From an uncultured Anaerolineales bacterium (lineage in GTDB: Bacteria; Chloroflexota; Anaerolineae; Anaerolineales; RBG-16-64-43): a stretch of 64,000 nt of DNA. The position numbers were made by a program, and so were the translations under genes. The stretch lies in contig CAZFPL010000001.1 in NCBI GenBank assembly GCA_964521085.1, positions 35,469 through 99,468 of the forward strand. The letters are read 5' to 3'. The notes under the pieces are model-generated. The model was not told the DNA's origin, ran no database searches, and saw only the letters and a list, made by a program, of their open reading frames with translations. Each line of letters opens with the position of its first letter. Position 1 is the first letter of the stretch. Shown one piece after another: positions 57,664 to 64,000 of the stretch.

Positions 57664-58938
57664 CTATGCGGATGCCGTTATTGGCGGTGTTTTCTGGCTG
57701 AGTCCGGCTGCGACGCGGAGGAGGTATCCGAATCCCACACCTCCCAAGGAGCAGGCTTTGGCAGGTAGGAAGGGATGACGCATCGCTTCCAGGCTTTCTC
57801 CCGTTACTGGAATTTCATCCAACCGGTTCGTCCCCAATCCGCTCTTGCAGGCCATGGTGAGGTAGTTGTTGGTGTGGGTGAAGGGCAATGTTTTCGATGC
57901 CGCCTGCGGATCGAAACCCATCAGGGCGGTGGACACGCCATCGGTCGCCACTGGATCCCTGCCGGCGGCCAATATTCCCGGTTTGATTTGAGTCAGCGCC
58001 GGATCCCACGGTCCGGCGCCGCCTTCGCAGGTGATCACGCCGTCGATCACGGCGAGATCAATCGGCCGCGCCTGGTTCAGATCCAGTATCACATCCGGCA
58101 GGCGCGTGTCGTAGTCGTGGGAGCCGTGCAGCGCGGTGCGGGAGCTGTCATCCGCCCGGAGCATGTATTCAAATAAGGGGGTCAAGCCGATCAGGTTCTT
58201 CATCGCCAGGGTCACGCCCATGACGGAGTGGCATTTCAATTTGGCCACTGAAATGAACACATCCAATTCCTGCAGAAGGCCGTTGAGAGCGAACTCGTTG
58301 TAGATTCGGGCTTGCTTGCCCACGGGAAATACGGCAAAACCCGAGTAGGGCGCCGGTTTGCTGAGATTGATCAATTTGGCACCCAGCGGGCGGGCCATTT
58401 CCGCATAGCCCCATTTGTCCCAGGAGGTTTCGTCGGCGATCCCATCCATGATATACAGCGGACCGGCGCCCGCGTCCGTCAGCCACTCGCATAAGACTCC
58501 GACGACCGCGGGGTGGGTTGCAAACAATTCCGTAGCTGCGGGTTTATCCGGATCATCCCACCAAGGCCCCCCGGTGAGGTTGGCCTTGAGTCCCACCCGC
58601 GCGCCCGATTTGACCAAACCGCTCAATCCGCCCAGGCCGTCAAGCATAGCCCGCCATTTCGTGCGCAATTCCTTGGCGTCGTAGGTTTTCGCCCGGCCCA
58701 AAGCCACGGTGGCGCGCGGCACCACACTGGAAGTCACCGATGGGGGAGTGAGTGATGCGGTGCGGGTGAGGGTAGGGGTGGTTGTCGGAGGCAGGCGGGT
58801 GAAGGAAGCGGTGAGTTCCGTTGGGCTGGGGGTGTGTTCGTCGGAGCGCGGGCTGCAAGAGGCCGCCACCGCCAGACCGCTTACGCCCAACCATTTCAGG
58901 AATCGCCGTCGACTTAGTCTGATCGAGTTTTTGGTCAT
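57664..58938 (-). CDS. DUF362 domain protein with Tat signal and lipobox
   Basis: SRRRFLK Tat motif, AASC, GLKANL, THPAVV, KLKCH..TLAMKNLIG, DPVATD. Confidence 0.85.
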   Translation of the reverse strand: MTKNSIRLSRRRFLKWLGVSGLAVAASCSPRSDEHTPSPTELTASFTRLPPTTTPTLTRTASLTPPSVTSSVVPRATVALGRAKTYDAKELRTKWRAMLDGLGGLSGLVKSGARVGLKANLTGGPWWDDPDKPAATELFATHPAVVGVLCEWLTDAGAGPLYIMDGIADETSWDKWGYAEMARPLGAKLINLSKPAPYSGFAVFPVGKQARIYNEFALNGLLQELDVFISVAKLKCHSVMGVTLAMKNLIGLTPLFEYMLRADDSSRTALHGSHDYDTRLPDVILDLNQARPIDLAVIDGVITCEGGAGPWDPALTQIKPGILAAGRDPVATDGVSTALMGFDPQAASKTLPFTHTNNYLTMACKSGLGTNRLDEIPVTGESLEAMRHPFLPAKACSLGGVGFGYLLRVAAGLSQKTPPITASA

Positions 58939-59198
58939 CTCATCCTCTCACATTGCCTGGGTGGAGCTTGTCCCCATCCCTTAGAACTCGTTTGGCGGTT
59001 CAACCGCTTGCCGTACTGCTGCTGGGTGTCATTCTAGCCCCGCCAGGCAAAGCCGGTTGTGACCGCTGGTTGATTCTGTGTTCAAAGTTATCAACCTTCA
59101 AGAATTCATTAACCATGAGAGTTGCCTGTTATCCTGACTCCGGATTCGGAATCGAATTATATTTATAAGTGCAGTATATTCAATTGCTATTTGGAATG

Positions 59199-59226
59199 TG
59201 TTACGGTCGTATGACAATTCTGCAAC
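59199..59226 (-). promoter_or_regulatory. 11-bp-period direct-repeat box upstream of the DUF362 gene
   Basis: Minus strand GTTGCA-N5-GTCATA-N5-GTAACA. Confidence 0.4.
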
Positions 59227-59377
59227 ATGAATCTTTAGTGATTAAGGTCTATCGATAAGACGATTTTCACCATCCATAAATCTGTTTTCCCCCCGCAGCG
59301 GTTTCCAGGCAATCAAAGGCGGAGATCAAACGCTTCTCTGCCCGACGTGGAGAATCAGCCTCCGAAAACGGCGGATG

Positions 59378-59788
59378 CTACTTGCGGTATTTCTTCGCCG
59401 CTTCCAGCCGCAATTGCGAACGCCGCAGAGATGAAAGCGCTTTGAGGTAAGCTTCGGTCTTCTCGGCAGGAGCATTTTTAAGCAGTTCCTCCGCCCGCGA
59501 CTTGGCGGCCTCGGCTCGCGCCACGTCGATTTCTTCGACCCGTTCCCCCACGTCCGCCAACACGGTCACCTCATCCGGCAGGACTTCCATAATCCCGCCC
59601 GCGATTGCGAAGGCTTCCTCTTTGCCTGCGTATTTAACCAACAGGATGCCGTACGAAAGCGTCGTCAGAAGCGGCGTGTGGTGGGGGAGAATTCCAAGCA
59701 CGCCCTCGCTTCCGGGGGCGACAACCATGTCCACGTCTCCGGAAAAAAGAGGTCGATCCTGGGTGACGATGTCGCAGCGAATGGGCAC
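59378..59788 (-). CDS. atpC: F1 ATP synthase epsilon subunit
   Basis: GVLGILPHHTPL, GGIMEV, EEIDVARAE. Confidence 0.96.
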   Translation of the reverse strand: MPIRCDIVTQDRPLFSGDVDMVVAPGSEGVLGILPHHTPLLTTLSYGILLVKYAGKEEAFAIAGGIMEVLPDEVTVLADVGERVEEIDVARAEAAKSRAEELLKNAPAEKTEAYLKALSSLRRSQLRLEAAKKYRK

Positions 59789-59806
59789 TGGAGAGTCCTT
59801 TTCTTT

Positions 59807-59879
59807 CCCTCATCCTGTCGGAAGACCACCGACTCCCTTCTCCCAGCTTATGCTGGGAGAAGGGTTGGGGATGAGGGGG

Positions 59880-59882
<3 letters not shown>
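59807..59882. repeat. CCCTTCTCCC-type palindromic element, copy 5 (atpD-atpC spacer)
   Basis: CCCTTCTCCCAGC-TTAT-GCTGGGAGAAGGG, internal GTCGG-AAGACCA-CCGAC hairpin; abuts the atpD TAA. Confidence 0.85.
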
Positions 59883-61425
<1,543 letters not shown>

Positions 61426-62340
61426 TCATTTTCCGCGCTTCGTGGATTCCGCCGTGAGCGCCTCGGTGCCGGCGGCGATATCCAGCAAATCACCGGTGAT
61501 GTTCTGTTGGCGCATTTTGTTATAGACCAACTGCAGCCCGTTGATCAGTTCGACGGCGTTGTCGGTGGCGTTGCGCATCATCACCATCCGGGCCGCGTGC
61601 TCGCTGGCGAGCGATTCGAGTATGCATTCGTAGATTTCAAGCGAGACCAGCCGGTGGATGACCAAATCGAGCAGCTGCGTCTGTCCCGGCTCGAAAATGT
61701 ATCCGGGTCCTGCGGCCTTCGTGCGCTCTACGACCCCTTCCGGAGCGGCTTGCGCCGAAGAATTGATATCGGGAATCGGAAGCAGTTGCTGCACCGTCGG
61801 GCGCTGCTGCATCATGTTGATGAATTTTGTATAGACGATGTGAACCTGGTCCGCTTTCCCGCCGGAGTATTCCTCGATCGCCAGCCGGCCGATTGCGGAT
61901 ACGTCGCTGTAGGAGGGCGCGGCCGGAAGGCGGCTGAATTCGGCGGTGATCGGAACCCCTGCGCGCTGGAGCATCTCCCGCCCCTTGCGGCCGATGACGA
62001 TGTAGTGGATCGTCTCCGCTACCTCCGCGAAATGCAAAAGCGATTGGCGCACCACGCCGGCGTTGTAGGCGCCCGCCAGCCCGCGATCTCCGCTGACGAC
62101 GATCACGAGAATCCCGGCGGCCCGTTTTTGCTGCACCAGCATCGGGTGCCGGATTGTGCTGCGCCGGTCGGCCAGATGGTCGAGCACCTCGAGCGCCTTA
62201 TCCGCATAGGGGCGCGTGGCCATCACCGCGGCCTGCGCCTTGCGGACTTTGCTCGCGCTCACCGTCTGCAGTGCGCGCGTCACCTGGGCGATGTTGCGGA
62301 CGCTCCGGATGTGGAGCCGCATTTCCCGAAGGGAAGCCAT
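61426..62340 (-). CDS. atpG: F1 ATP synthase gamma subunit
   Basis: IAQVTRAL, GDRGLAGAYN, ASEHAARM, RQQNITGDL. Confidence 0.97.
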   Translation of the reverse strand: MASLREMRLHIRSVRNIAQVTRALQTVSASKVRKAQAAVMATRPYADKALEVLDHLADRRSTIRHPMLVQQKRAAGILVIVVSGDRGLAGAYNAGVVRQSLLHFAEVAETIHYIVIGRKGREMLQRAGVPITAEFSRLPAAPSYSDVSAIGRLAIEEYSGGKADQVHIVYTKFINMMQQRPTVQQLLPIPDINSSAQAAPEGVVERTKAAGPGYIFEPGQTQLLDLVIHRLVSLEIYECILESLASEHAARMVMMRNATDNAVELINGLQLVYNKMRQQNITGDLLDIAAGTEALTAESTKRGK

Positions 62341-62346
62341 TCGTGT

Positions 62347-64000
<1,654 letters not shown>

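Noticed and set aside
58985-59080. GGCAA..CTAAG segment upstream of the DUF362 gene as a c-di-GMP-I riboswitch
   Set aside because: It lacks the GAAA tetraloop, GCAAAG junction and expected pairing.

Overview
GC-rich bacterial chromosomal segment, most likely from an anaerobic Chloroflexota (Anaerolineae-like) organism; this taxonomy is inferred from gene content and lipoprotein style. Housekeeping and metabolic blocks: two DegV paralogues flanking a BtrH-like peptidase, a ThiS/TtuA/YhhQ tRNA-modification operon, a complete hypABFCDE hydrogenase-maturation operon followed by a ZIP transporter, an amino-sugar cluster (DUF4434, AGE epimerase, AAC(3)-like), an ABC-2 exporter with a MalT-like regulator, a Tat-exported DUF362 protein and the distal atpAGDC operon. 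The central ~30 kb is a cell-surface island with seven RCC1/BLIP-II-like beta-propeller genes, two TolB-like propeller lipoproteins, an LCP enzyme, an OmpR-type two-component system and an MreB paralogue that lacks two catalytic residues. Several promoters in the island share an 11-bp-period GTAACA-type box. At least four families of small palindromic or short-tandem-repeat elements are scattered through the window. One family brackets a GxxExxY (PD-(D/E)xK) nuclease gene and also occurs as empty copies. Another starts at TAA stop codons or extends protein C-termini. GTAG-type REP/REPIN units sit in frame inside hypF. Three genes are broken by single lesions (one in-frame TGA, two 1-nt frameshifts). 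No rRNA, tRNA, CRISPR array or intact transposase was recognised.
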